Origin: Phoronis australis
Lineage: Eukaryota; Animalia; Phoronida
DNA length: 64,000 bases
Direction: 5' to 3'
Assembly (NCBI GenBank): GCA_002633005.1
Contig: NMRA01000243.1
Coordinates: forward strand, 334,387 to 398,386
Shown here: positions 1 to 12,245 of the stretch, one piece after another
Layout: every line of letters begins with the position of its first letter
Position numbering within the stretch: position 1 is the stretch's first letter
Program-made: the position numbers and the translations under genes
Notes under the pieces: model-generated
Told to the model about the DNA's origin: nothing
The model's input: only the letters and a program-made list of their open reading frames with translations
Database searches by the model: none

Positions 1-66
1 AGAAACCTTAAAAAGTGGGTAATCCATGCGTCAATTACCTATGCCTCGTGCAGTTATGGTCCGATA

Positions 67-146
67 TAACGTGCCCGAATTTTGAGAACCAGTTTTCTCC
101 ACTGAATAACGGCCATCAAACTGGTTCTCAAAATACGGGCACGTTA
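67..146. mobile_element. Short palindromic MITE (family A: ttttgagaaccagttt...aaactggttctcaaaa)
   Basis: 29-bp inverted arms with one mismatch. Related copies at ~37832-37928, ~44545-44617 and ~57982-58070. Confidence 0.65.
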
Positions 147-1273
147 AACCAGACTATTGCCCCTCGGGAATGCACTTACACACCAAACACAAGGTACTGT
201 ATTACAGATGTATGCACCGTTGTTTTCAGACTCGTCGAGTCTTGTGAAATCAGTTCCTGATTGTACAGTAGTCGGCATACTAAACTAAACGGACTTCAGC
301 AGAACCGTGTCAGTCTTTGTCTTACTGAATGCTCTTTGTATTAGAATTATTTAGCAGTCAGGCACCAAAGCATGGATCGATTCTGACGAAACTTATCCAG
401 AATCGAAACGAATTGCTAATATAACGAAATGAGTATTGAGCCGCACTTTTGTGTGTCGAAACTTTGTTAAAATTCACCATTGTCCAGGCCAACAGTTCAC
501 AAATAACGGACTCCAAGCTTTCCGTAACAACCCAAATTTTGTAAAACTCGAACAAAATAACACCTACATATTATAAAAATACGAAATAACTGTTAACAAA
601 TCCACCACCATCTCTCAATCAAAGCTGCTAGATCTGCTCTATGCCGGGGGACCACTTTCCACTATACAATTGGTCACCACTTGTACCTCACTTAGAGAAG
701 TAGTTTCTATGCTTGGAAAGAACTGACAGTTTCTTAAATGGACATTCTCAACAAGTAATTTTGCAGAAATTGACAGTAATGGTCGAGAATCGAAACCACT
801 AGCTCTGCAAATAGTAGTTGAATGCTCTGCGCCGAACATAATCCCACATGGTAGATAGCAGAGTATTTTATGGCAAAGTCAGTGGAATTGATTTCAGCAA
901 ATGTGAGGCAAACAACGGCGACAATTGGCGATAAAATCACCACAACAACAAATTTTGTTATTCTATAACTCACCCAACAATAACCCCAAAAATATGTTTC
1001 AGGCTGTAGAAAAGAAGCTTTTAATTGTCTATTTCTCGACACAATGGCTACAACACATACCCCGTGATGATAAACCAACTTGTAGCATTTGGTCTCCAGT
1101 AATAACCAACTATAAGTTCTTTCCAAGCCATGAAATCGCCCTTAGTTTGAATAACAACACTTGGTCTAAATCGCGATATTTTTAAGCAAGCAAGGCATAT
1201 TGCAGCCTTAAGAAAATGCGGTTCAAATAAACACGAAATTATGGATTTCCTATCGAATAACGAAGAACCAGTT

Positions 1274-1512
1274 TATGCGCGCAACCAGCCTAAAAATGAC
1301 GGGCTCAAATTTTTGAGAATGTGGACCTTTTCTAAAATTCACAGGGTACGTTCAGAGCTATCAATTAGGTATTCGCTGAATTTTTGTAGTTCCTGCTTTT
1401 TAGTGGACTTTTTACTCATCTCCTTTTTTCGGTGTTTTTGTTTCTCTGAGGTGGACTTTTATGCCCACTTCGCCAAACTTTGTTTGAGCCCCCCCTCCTG
1501 GGTGCACGCATG
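1274..1512. mobile_element. Non-autonomous DNA transposon with 5-bp TSD (family B)
   Basis: Termini tatgcgcgcaacc / ggtgcacgcatg, flanked by cagtt...cagtt. Internal similarity to 6287-6530. Confidence 0.75.
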
Positions 1513-1890
1513 CAGTTGCACTGGTCATTCTGAATCCTAAAGAACAACATCCGTACAAGAGATGGCAAAATTATTTCCATGCCTTCAATTATACTACAAA
1601 GTATCCACTAGATTCCTAGAGTAACACAGTGACGAACCTGTTCTCCATAACACAATGACATCAATAATATTCACAAGCCATTAGATAAAATAGTACACCC
1701 AGTTGATGGCAGTTTAGTCTATATGTCATTTTAAATGCATTCGACAAATACACTGCCACTAATTTAATGCGACACATTAATTATATTTAGAGATAATTAT
1801 ACCACCAACTAAAGCTCACCATTGAGATTGTGTCGTAGTTTCACTACTGGAATGTTCCGAGTGACAGGTGACTAAAGCAGGCACACTACC

Positions 1891-1896
1891 TTTATT
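1891..1896 (-). promoter_or_regulatory. Candidate polyadenylation signal (AATAAA) for the GOLM-like gene
   Basis: tttatt on + strand, ~100 nt downstream of the stop codon. Confidence 0.35.
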
Positions 1897-1991
1897 AAGT
1901 AGACGAAGACACGTCCTGACATGTCTGCCCACTCCCACCCATCAGCAACCCAGACGTGTTGCCCACCCCATCTCAGATCCACCAACTCTTC

Positions 1992-2664
1992 TCATCTAGC
2001 ACCCACAGGTTCATCCTCCTCAGTCAAATCTTCCTCTCCTACCTCATGATCTTCATCAACATTCCCCGCTCTACCGTTGTTGTCCCTCTTCTCATCCAAA
2101 TCCTCCTCATCATCAAACTTGTCTTCATTCAACTCTATCGTCACAGTCCCACTCTCCTTTTGGCCCAATGTACTGCTACCACCCTGTCGCCGGCCATCAC
2201 CGACCCCTGCAGAAGTAGTAGAGCCACCTCGTCTCTCTACCCCAACCTCTGACCCAATGTTCCCATTTTTCCCACCCAACTCTCCACCAGTATTTCCTGG
2301 TGTCACCACCACACTGTTACTCCCATTATCCCCCTGCTCTTTTGACTCAGTGCTGACCACTGACTGCTGCACTACTGTGCTGTTACCTTGACGTTGCTCC
2401 TTTATCCCCTGATGTTTCGCCTGTTGTTGTTGCTGATCTTGTTGCTGTTCTTGACTCTCTTGTTTTTCAAGGTCATGTCCCTGCTGGACCTGCCCCTGTT
2501 GCTCTACTTGTTGTTGCCCCTGTTCTTGCTGACTCTGCTGCTGCTGTTGCTGAGGTGGTTGTTGCCCCTGTTGTTGTATTTGTTGTTGTTGCCAGTTTGT
2601 CTGCAGCTTTTGTTGCATCACATAGCCCAAACTATCCGCAACGTCCCTCTTTGTTATGCTGTGC
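1992..2664 (-). CDS. GOLM1/GOLM2-like: GOLM-like terminal exon 5: Gln-rich, Gly/Ser-rich and acidic luminal tail
   Basis: Acceptor tactggttgtag|G completes AA+G=Lys in the frame of track ORF 1992..2714. Stop is TGA at 1994-1992. A low-complexity acidic tail is typical of the family. Total CDS is 1317 nt (438 aa). Confidence 0.8.
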
Positions 2665-2956
2665 CTACAACCAGTACACCCATAACTGTTAAAACCCAAG
2701 ACATGACACGCCACTATGCTGTTAAGTTAAAAAGCTAGCTAACAAAATAGCTGGTTTGGCAAAGTATATACCTGAACAGCTTCCAAAAGCAAGTTATAAT
2801 TAAACCAAACCACCAAAACTACCTCATACAGTCTCCAGGCAACAAGAAATCCCTCAACAAAAGCCGCTCGTGTAAGTCTCACTGATTTTATAAACTTTGC
2901 ATAGAGTTGCTAAAACAGCTGTTTAAGGTGGATGAGGATCACTGATCGTTACAGTG

Positions 2957-3520
2957 CAGGGTTTGGTTTAGTAATCTGCAGGTCACCAATGCGACCTCAG
3001 ATTGTGTTAAGCGACCTGAAAAAATTTCAAGTTGCCAAGCAGACATCCGAGCACGTGCTCAAAATACTAGAGGACGAACGTAATTGGTGAGGAGTCAGAA
3101 TTGTTCGGCAAAAATTGGAAGTGCCCATTCATAACTCATGCACAATTTGGCCGTCTGCATTCCGTTAGGTAGAATTGGCCAAATGCATGAGACACACACT
3201 TGCCATGTACTGGAATTCCGTATGAAGTCATCCTGACGTCACAGGACAGGGAAGTATTCCCCTCAAAAACATGGCTGCCAACATTTGCCGATCACCAGTG
3301 CGACATTCACGGTAAAAACAGACAATGATAATTTGTGATCTCAATTTATGTCTGAATATTCGACGAAATAAAACAACAAATTGTAGGTTTATATGAAACT
3401 TATTAACCGGGAATGTTACAATTTTTCATTTAGCTGTTAATTGTTCGCACCCACATACGGAGTTTCCCCGTTTTGGTGACCTGGAAATTTTCCTAGGTCG
3501 CATTTGGTGACTTGACAAGC
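2957..3520. mobile_element. Degenerate MITE (hAT-like CAGGG start, inverted subterminal blocks)
   Basis: caggtcaccaatgcgacct is inverted against aggtcgcatttggtgacttg, and gcgacctgaaaaaatttcaag against ctggaaattttcctaggtcgc. Confidence 0.5.
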
Positions 3521-4838
3521 ATAGGTAAGTTAGAAGTGACAAAGCCAAATTTTGAGAGAGTTCCACGATTATACATCACGTTGTTGTAGTCCCTACAATC
3601 TGACATTTCAACAAGTTGGATTTCGCTTCAAGGGTAAAATCGCTGGGTCCAGTTTCATTAAACTTATACGAGATTCCCATACGAGTTATGTGATTTTGCG
3701 CCTACTATTATGTATTAGCAGGAATGCCTTCCTGTTATTAGGTTTTGAATCTGGCTTAAACGGTTCAGCCCTTAATTTTACAATAATATTGAATATTATT
3801 GTAATAACATTGACAGCTGGAATATTCACTAATTCCAACAGCATGCCCCATAGGTGATAAGAAGAGGTCAACAAAAGGAGTCAATAGTTAATACTTGCGG
3901 GGGCAAAAATCCATAATTAATATTCAGCGACTTGCCAATGGCACTGTGCAGGAAAGTAAACGCATTCAGAAACACATGGTTCCATACTAGTCTCCTGTTC
4001 ATTAGCATTTGTCAAAAACCTCAACATGATCATCACAGAGAAATACGACAGTAACCTCCAAGCCTGAATACAGGGCTACGGTCAACAATGAATGTGAAAG
4101 TTGATATCATAGCCACCTAGACAAAACATTGCTTTGTTTAGAAACAAAATACAATTAGTGTTTAGGATGACATCGACACAGATAATTTTATATTTCCGAG
4201 GCATATTTCCTCATAGTTTGGACAAGATATAGACGCGCAGTAGGCTTTAAATTGAACCGAGGCCTACAATTTTCAGTACATAACACTACACAAACAACAG
4301 GCTACCCGAACAACACAGCTGCCACACTCTTCAACACAGATTTTGCTATTTTGTCTAGGTCCTGGACACATGTTGCGAAGTGTCAAAATCCGTCAGGATA
4401 GTAGAGTATAGCCACCAAACTTGGGCACAAATTGATCGGCGATAGAGAAAACAACTGCTGAACAGAGTGGTTCATTGCCTTGAATCGTCAAGTTCGCATC
4501 AAACACGATGGGCAAAGGGAGCGAATTCTGTCTTCCAGAAATGAATCGGGCAAATGTCTGCGGACTAAAGTAAAATCAACTGGACATTCTGAAACAAATC
4601 AGACTCAGTCCAATGGACAACACTTAACAGAATCTCTGCAAACACAGTTCCTCAATTACAAATATCTCTCCCAAATTCGATAGACTCAATTCACCGACTC
4701 ACAAGCACGGCTCACCAACTGCCAAATATGCCGCTGGACTCACAAAACACATCTTACACACCCCAATAACATGCCTTACACACCTAAAAACCGCACGGAG
4801 AGCACGCAACCTGTTTGTGACTCCAGGCAGATATTAAA

Positions 4839-6360
4839 GAAAGAGTAACCTGTGTTTGTGAATACAGCACTGAATTTTGTAGTTGGCGATCTGTGTTCGC
4901 GAGCATGAGCTGGAATTTGTGAACTGCTGAGCTGAGTATCAGGTCTATGAGCTGTGTGTTTATAAATGAGGCACTGTGTTTATAAGTGCAAAAACTGAGT
5001 TGTTCCGATATCTCTAACAGATGATAAAAATCAATAATATACAAATAGTAACCTTGATCTATGAATTGCAGGCAAATATCCATTTAACAGCTGCTAAAGT
5101 GCAGCTGTATAAAAGCCCATGCATATGTATTCAAAATCATTCTTAAGTTAGTAAATTTGTGGCACCATTTCAATGGTAAGGACACATAGTTACTTACTAT
5201 TGCGGGTTATCATTGATTTTTGTAGTGTTAAGCCTGGGGTAACACATTCACCGATATTACAACTTACCGTAATCGTTCGGGTTAACGCCCTGGGCGGTTA
5301 AATTGGCGAATCCAAAAAATCGGGGGAGGGCGGTTAACCGAGCAGTGGGCGGTTAAATCGAAAATCCACTTAAAGTCGGGGATGGGCGGTTAACTGAGCA
5401 TGGGCGTTAACCCGAACGATTACGGTAACTGAACTGGAATAACTATCATTCACACTATAAGAACTGTTACAGCCCTAGTGAGTGATTTAGTTGCTAGTCG
5501 CCAGCACCATTGAATTTGGTCCCTGTTTTAACCATTACTGCAGCGGTGTTTATTCTCAGAGGGTGGTGACTGTGCAACTGCTTGGCAAACCACCTTCACA
5601 GAGTACTACATACGCGCACCGAGCCTAAAAATTGGGGGCTCAAATTTTTGGGAAATGTGGACCTTTTACTAAAAATAAAAAANAAAGAGCAGCCTGTGTT
5701 TGTGAATACAGCACTGAATTTTGTAGTTGGCCATCTGTGTTCGCCAGCATGAGCTGGAATTTGTGAACTGCTGAGCTGAGTATCAGGTCTATGAGCTGTG
5801 TGTTTATAAATGAGCCACTGTGTTTATAAGTGCAAAAACTGAGTTGTTCCGATATCTCTAACAGATGATAAAAATCAATAATATACAAATAGTAACCTTG
5901 ATCTATGAGTTGCAGGCAAATATCCATTTAACAGCTGCAAAAGTGCAGCTGTATAAAAGCCCATGCATATGTATTCAAAATCATTCTTAAGTTAGTAAAT
6001 TTGTGGCACCATTTCAATGGTAAGGACACACAGTTACTTACTATTGCGGGTTATCATTGATTTTTGTAGTGTTAAGCCTGGGATAAAACATTCACCGATA
6101 TTACAACTGCAATGGAATAGCTATCATGCACACTATAAGAACTGTTACAGCCCTAGTGAGTGGTTTAGTTGCTAGTCGCCAGCACCATTGAATTTGGTCC
6201 CTGTTTTAACCATTACTGCAGCGGTGTTTATTCTCAGAGGGTGGTGACTGTGCAACTGCTTGGCAAACCACCTTCACAGAGTACTACATACGTGCACCGA
6301 GCCTAAAAATTGGGGGCTCAAATTTTTGGGAAATGTGGACCTTTTACTAAAATTAAAAAA
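4839..6360. repeat. ~680 bp near-identical tandem duplication joined at an N (copy 1 ~4839-5682, copy 2 5684-6360)
   Basis: Long near-identical text, with duplicated spurious ORFs 4784..5083 and 5640..5927. Single n at junction 5683. Confidence 0.9.
5267..5425. mobile_element. 159-bp Tc1/mariner(pogo)-type MITE with TA TSD
   Basis: Perfect 24-bp TIR CCGTAATCGTTCGGGTTAACGCCC with TA on both sides and internal GGGCGGTTAA repeats. Absent from the second copy of the duplication. Confidence 0.85.
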
Positions 6361-6530
6361 CGAGGTACGTTCACAGCTGTGAATTGTGAATTTGCCGAAT
6401 TTAGATAGTTCCAGCCTTTTCAGTGGACTTTTGTTTCGTTTTCTACTTTTTTCAGAGTTTTTGTTTCTTTTAGGCGGACCTGTTTGCCTATTTCGTTAGA
6501 GCCTCCTGACACCCCCTGGGTGTGCGCATG
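6287..6530. mobile_element. Family B element with 5-bp TSD
   Basis: Termini catacgtgcacc / ggtgtgcgcatg, flanked by tacta...tacta. Truncated duplicate at ~5609-5682. Confidence 0.78.
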
Positions 6531-7239
6531 TACTAACCATGCTACAGTACAGTTTTTTCACAACAAGATTTATACAACTACTTGCTGATAAAGGTGCTCC
6601 AATTCTGAGTCTTAATATAACATTTGCGTGGTACAAGCCACGGTAGTAACAGACTAAAATTTTCTTAGCCTTCACTTCAGGAGAAATTTGACAAAATAGA
6701 CTTTCACTTGTCAGCCATATTGTGACCTAAATAACTGGAAGAATTACCGTATAGTCTTTAAACCCATTTTAAACGTTATTACGACAAACACGCGTTATGT
6801 CAATGATAGTGAATTTCTCATTTAGACCATTTACCAATATAGAATTCCTCTTGACATTTTTTTCTTCACTCATTTACTGAGCGTCACAGTATGACACAAA
6901 TACAATTATCTAAAAAATGGTCTAAAAAGTTGCTTTAATTAATGGTGGAAAGCAGATTTACATATGCTGGAATAGGCTGTATTCAATATACCTAAGACAT
7001 TAACCATGTACATACGGTAAGAAATCTTCACTAAAGGAGTGGAAAAAATGAATTCTATCCCACAATTCATGAATTTTATCCCATAATGCATCATTCCAAA
7101 ATCACCGACCAATCATCTCAATGAGTGCCATGTTGCTAGGTTATGCTAGCATACATGCAAAACACTCTCCCTTCACTCGTGAAATTTTGTCTGGTTTTGC
7201 CTGCTCTTGGTTTCACGTTTAAGTCTAATGTATACTTAC

Positions 7240-7395
7240 TTTTCCTGATCCTCGTTATTTGCCTCCTCTTCATTATTAGCCTCCTTTTGAACCAGTGCTT
7301 TCACGCTGTCAGCACCAAGCTTGTCACGAACTTTCTTCAGCAGGTCCAACTTTGCCTTGTCTACACTGGTCTGTAGCTTTGTATTGCACTCCTCA
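7240..7395 (-). CDS. GOLM1/GOLM2-like: GOLM-like exon 4 (EECNTKLQTSVDKAKLDLLKKVRDKLGADSVKALVQKEANNEEEANNEDQE)
   Basis: Acceptor tattttgtttcag|, donor AA|GTAAGT, phase 2->2. Lies inside track ORF 7236..7424. Confidence 0.85.
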
Positions 7396-8254
7396 CTGAA
7401 ACAAAATAGTTCACAAAGCATCAACAGCGCGTTTTAACCAAAGTCGCAATGTCCCTTCACAGCCATGAGAGTGATCGTAGGCAAGACATTGCAAACGAGG
7501 TGCAAAATTGAGCTGACACACTTGTTTTCCATGGTAATTTATTCATTGATTGACTAATCTAACATCGACTGACCATAAAAAACACAATATTGTACTACAC
7601 GGCACAAAAACTAATAAACGATAGGTTATAAGCTAAAATAATTATAGATGGCAAATAAGACCATAAACATACAGTGAAGTTAAACAAAAAAGGACAATCA
7701 ATGTAAGTTTGACTCGAAAAACTGGATACTAATTTCCATCATAATCCACCTACATGGCGTCATTCAAAAATTAATGTATATTGCCCACAGACATGAACAG
7801 CAGGCTATGATAGGCCATAGTCCATTCGACTCTAGGAAGCCTAGAAAATCACTTCTGTGGCTGAGCCCAACTTTAAAGAAAAAGTTTAAAAAATAATTCT
7901 GCAAGCCTGCACCCTACCCGGAATCAAAAATTTTTGTCAACCTGAATACCGTTGCATCTAAACACTTCAGCCTTGTTACAGTAATCCTTTTTACTGAAAC
8001 AGATAACCAAAATGCTCTTTACTTTAGCACACAGTATGGCCAACAAGTGATCTTGTCAATGTGCTCAGCAAAAGTGAGCATTAAGAGAAATGAGCAAGTT
8101 TATTCTTGGAAACTTTTTTGAAATTGACTTTTGAACATCTGCAGATGGGTTTAATGCAAAGTTCCCGTTGCCACCCAAAAGTGGCCACGGAGGTGAAAGC
8201 TAGGGGAGCTGGGACTATGGCTTATGACGAGCAATCACTGGGGCCAACATTGAT

Positions 8255-8820
8255 GGGAGAGATTTATTTGTTGTGAAAGGGGAGACACACAGACATGAAC
8301 AACTGTGCAGAATTCAGTAACCCAAGGACCTTCACTAGAACCTCACTAAAATCTATCCAAAATCGCGTGTTTTCATTTAAAATACACAGCAATATCTCAC
8401 ATTATCTTTCTTTTTAGCGACGTCCTAGCGTTACCAAACTCTACACAGGATATACAAGCAATCAACTGTGCTGTGTGAGATTTATTTCTTGTGAAAGGGA
8501 GACATACAGACAATCATGAACAGCAGACTATACGAGCCATCAGGCCAACTGTGCTTGGGAGGTTTATTTCTTGTGAAAGGGGAGAAAAAGACACATACAG
8601 CAGGCACAAGCAGTCAGACCAACAGCGCTGTGTGAGATTTATTTCTTGTGAATGCGGAGACACTCAGACATGAACAGCAGACTATATGAGAATCAAGCCG
8701 TGTGTGCTTTGTGAGGTTTGTTTTTTTGTGACAGGAGAGACACACATGAATGGCAGGCTATACAAGCAGTCAGGCCAACAGCGCTGTGTGAGATTTATTT
8801 CTTGTGATAGGGGAGACAAC
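8255..8820. repeat. ~75-80 bp degenerate minisatellite (gagatttatttcttgtgaaaggggagacacacagacatgaacagcag...)
   Basis: Core recurs near 8259, 8477, 8559, 8634, 8713 and 8790. Confidence 0.8.
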
Positions 8821-8846
8821 TATAAATGACCTCCAAGTGTACTTAC

Positions 8847-8958
8847 AGGGCCTTCTTGCTTGATTCCACTTGTTGCTTATTCACCTCCGCCAGCTGGTTA
8901 ACGGACTCCAGCTCTTTCCTGGTACTTTCTAAATCTTCCTGGCATTTACTGTTCGACT
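8847..8958 (-). CDS. GOLM1/GOLM2-like: GOLM-like exon 3 (ESNSKCQEDLESTRKELESVNQLAEVNKQQVESSKKAL), coiled coil
   Basis: Acceptor tttgtcacattcag|, donor CT|GTAAGT, phase 1->2, open frame. Confidence 0.85.
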
Positions 8959-10291
8959 CTGAATGTGACAAAGGAACAACCAATGACAAGCACAGAACAA
9001 ATTAAACATTAATTGACGAACATTTCTTCTATTCACAAGGCATATTTTCCCTAGAAACGAGGCAAACAATCTAAGTAACTGAAACACGGGGGAATTTTTT
9101 ACCATCCATACTCTCTAAGCCAGTGCTTTGTGTTAATACATGAATTAGGTAATTAATGCCATAAAGTTTCACGTTCGTTGTGAAGGGTAATAATTCATTT
9201 ATGTAACTACCGCCACGACTTGTCCTATAGTGCACACTCACACACTGGCGTAGTCAAAGGGGGGGTTTGCACAATGGGGCCACAGTCACCAATTCATTGT
9301 AATAAGTAATTCCCCAGTTCAGTTGACAATGGCAATTCAATTTTGTGTTTTGCCAACTGTGGTCATTGCAAAGTCCTCCCATTATCGCTCATTACAGCCC
9401 ACACCACCAGTCGCTATCAATTTCAAGTTTGCTCCAGCGAGTGTAAAATTATCATTCTGGGTTCACCATTTGTGTCTCAATGTCACGGTCCACGTACTGA
9501 CACTGTTGTCCATTTTATTTCACATTGCCTTGCTGCGGCAAGTCACAAGGTTCTTCAGCCTGAGGCTGCTTGTCTGGATCATTTGACAGAATGAAACAAA
9601 ACAAGATTCATGCTAACTTGCTAACTGATGGATGCCTCCCCTTCGACTGGTTGCAAGACATTTATTTACGTACACAGTTAACACCAGACTACATTATCCT
9701 TGTTGCTGTGAGGTGCAGAACCTGAGCATTAAGTTGTTCTCTTCCATCAGTTTGGTCCCTAGAGGGCGCCATGAATGACCTGTTGCATGAGCGCAGTATG
9801 CGCGACGTGGTCGTGCTGATTGTTTGATTGGCAAGAGAAAGATCTCTCGCCAGAACAGGGATGTGGAACAGAGACGCAAGGCACATGCAACTGTGACCAA
9901 GTGCTTCGCTTGTAATGCACACACGCATAATCTCGGTTTTCTAGCAAGAGACTTATTCTACCAGTTCATATGTTCTGACATGTTCTAGTTTGTTCACAAA
10001 ATTTAGATTATCACTATACAACTGTATATTGAATTTTTAGCTACCGAACCGATTGGTACAAAGGTAGCCAGCTACGTTATTACGGTACTCACTGCTTGTA
10101 CACGTGAGAGTCCTCTTATAGAGAGCAGTGTTTTAGTTACATGAAAATATAAATTACCGGTTAATTGTTATGTACGGTTCAAACTCGTACACATGCAGTT
10201 CAGAATCAAAAAAGCCACGACTTTCCTCCATTTTTATTGTAATTGTGTCCCGCAACGCACGTTATCTAACAAATCTAATTCCCATTCTTAC

Positions 10292-10325
10292 CTTCATTCT
10301 CTTTAAGTTTTTGCTGTGCCAGCAA
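10292..10325 (-). CDS. GOLM1/GOLM2-like: GOLM-like exon 2 (34 nt, LLAQQKLKENE+G)
   Basis: Acceptor tctgttttgcag| and donor G|GTAAGA. Phase 0->1 bridges exons 1 and 3 in frame. Confidence 0.8.
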
Positions 10326-11854
10326 CTGCAAAACAGAATATTAAAGGCTTGGTGCTATATAATTCTGACCATACTAAAGGAACGGTAGTACTGACTACAT
10401 GGTCCTAAAATAAAATTTTCATCAAACATGTACCAATACATAAATTAGCTTATTCCACTGCAATGTTTTTGTGCCGCAAACATGAAGACTTTTCTGCAGT
10501 CAATACTAATATGGTGGACATGTGTTCAGCACCACCTACAAACCCCATAAAATACGGATGGGAGATTTAAACCTACTGTTATAAACAGTGTTTTAACACA
10601 TTTCCTGCTATTGTAATGGCGACAAATTTCAGCTGTTGTACGGTTTGATCTTCCAACACCTTACAAAAAAGGCAAACCCTTTGAAATATCAATTGATGGG
10701 CAAGGGCATCCTATTCCATGCATTTCACACTGCGAAGAAGTGACAAAGCCATTGGTGCGGCTTATAAAACAGGAGAATTTCAATCCCAGCCGGTGTCAAA
10801 ATGCTAAATTAAATTAGTGAACTTTAACTAATCAAACAATTGGGAGGATTGACAGTCGGATATAAGCCTCTGCTTTTATATTCATGAACCACTATGCAAT
10901 AATTGAAGACGTTCTGTCCACCAAATCTGAGTCGCGATCAATTGAAAGTCACTCTAGTTCCCACGTTACTCTAGAGAGCGCTAATATAAAAAGTCCCTAT
11001 TTTGAGTTCGGAGATTAGACCATGGGACCATCTTTAAGAATATTAACCCACATGAGAAATAAAATTATTAGATCATACCACTGTAAACAAATTTTAACAA
11101 CTTTTGGTGAATCCTTGATAATGTATATTTCAATTGAGCTGATTTTGAGAACAAGGCAATCACTGAGATAACTGAGACCCATTCACTCAGGGCCCTCGAT
11201 GCCTCGACTTCGAGGCCAAATATCCGCTCTCAAAATAATTCAAAATGAAGTGGAATATCCCTCAACATGCCCAAAATTCCCTTCCTCCAGGTTAAAATCA
11301 CTTTTTATGTGGAACCGGTGACCAAAAATATTCCTTCTCTAGGCTCGTGTTAGCCGCTCGCCAGCTCGCTGTTGGAAAATTCCGAGCGGCACTGGCAACT
11401 GTAGAGCATCAGCTAAGTCCATTTGCCAACTTCGCGAATGCTTTTGCAACTGACTTGACAATAAAAATTAATTTCGGAAAATCTACTCGTGTGTAGACTC
11501 AGTCAGAGTTGTGCCACAAACGTCATTCTTTCTTAGATTCCGAGTTCTAAATATATAGCAAGCAAATGTTCCATTTCGTGTCAGTCACTCCCCCTGAAAA
11601 CACTCTTTTACCGCAATGAAATGTTCAACAGTGTCGTAAAGGGTAATTGCGATTTCTCGCTATGATATCGTGTAGGTGATGTCACTTGTCGTCTGCAAGT
11701 GACAATCTCAAGACTATTTCGGTGGCGGACAATAAAAAGCAAGGTAAGGTAAATGTCAGTTTGTTACTTAATGAGTTCTATAGGATTCAGCTTTATTTTA
11801 CAAGTCACAAGAAATGTTATAATGCTTTTGGACCTATAAATGTCTTGCTCGACA

Positions 11855-12245
11855 AAATGCCCATGTGACCGGCGTACTCCTGCCGTAACCCAGGGAAAGG
11901 CGGAATCCCTGCCCAATTTTTTTTAAGGTCAACATCATTTAAATGCCCATGTGGCTGGCGTACCCTTGCCGTCAACCAGGGATAGGGGGAACCCCTGCCC
12001 ACATTTTAGTTCAACATCAATTAAATGCCCATGTGGCCGGTGTACCCCCGCCGTAACCTGGGGATGGGGAACCTGTCCAATTTTTTTAGATTAACATCAA
12101 TGAAATTCCCATTTGGCTGGCATACCCTACTGACGTAGCTTGCCGTATTCTGGGATCATGATAATGGGGGAACCCCGGCCGATTTTTTTTAGGTCAGCAT
12201 CATGTCCATCTGGCTGTAGTACTCCTGCCTTAACCTTGGGGATAA
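11855..12245. repeat. ~85 bp tandem repeat, ~4.5 copies (aaatgcccatgtggc..cgtaccc..gccgtaacc..gggat..ggggaacc..tcaacatca)
   Basis: Units start near 11856, 11941, 12023, 12103 and 12201. Possibly internal to a larger element 11340-12343 (taggctc...gagccta). Confidence 0.8.

Noticed and set aside
1872-1991. 39 open codons after the GOLM-like TGA (EELVDLRWGG...VVCLL), possible stop readthrough
   Set aside because: TGA-G is not a leaky context, an open stretch of this length is common by chance, and there is no conservation data.
1956-2738. Plus-strand ORFs 1956..2252, 2077..2391 and 2388..2738 (Leu-rich, look like membrane proteins)
   Set aside because: Antisense shadows of the CAG/CAA/GAG-rich terminal exon.
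9527-9574. Possible extra GOLM exon (DKQPQAEEPCDLPQQ)
   Set aside because: No GT donor and a weak acceptor. Flanking exons already join in phase.
8255-12245. Repeats with variable intervening sequence, superficially CRISPR-like
   Set aside because: The whole unit is degenerate with no unique spacers, there are no cas genes, and the context is a eukaryotic intron.
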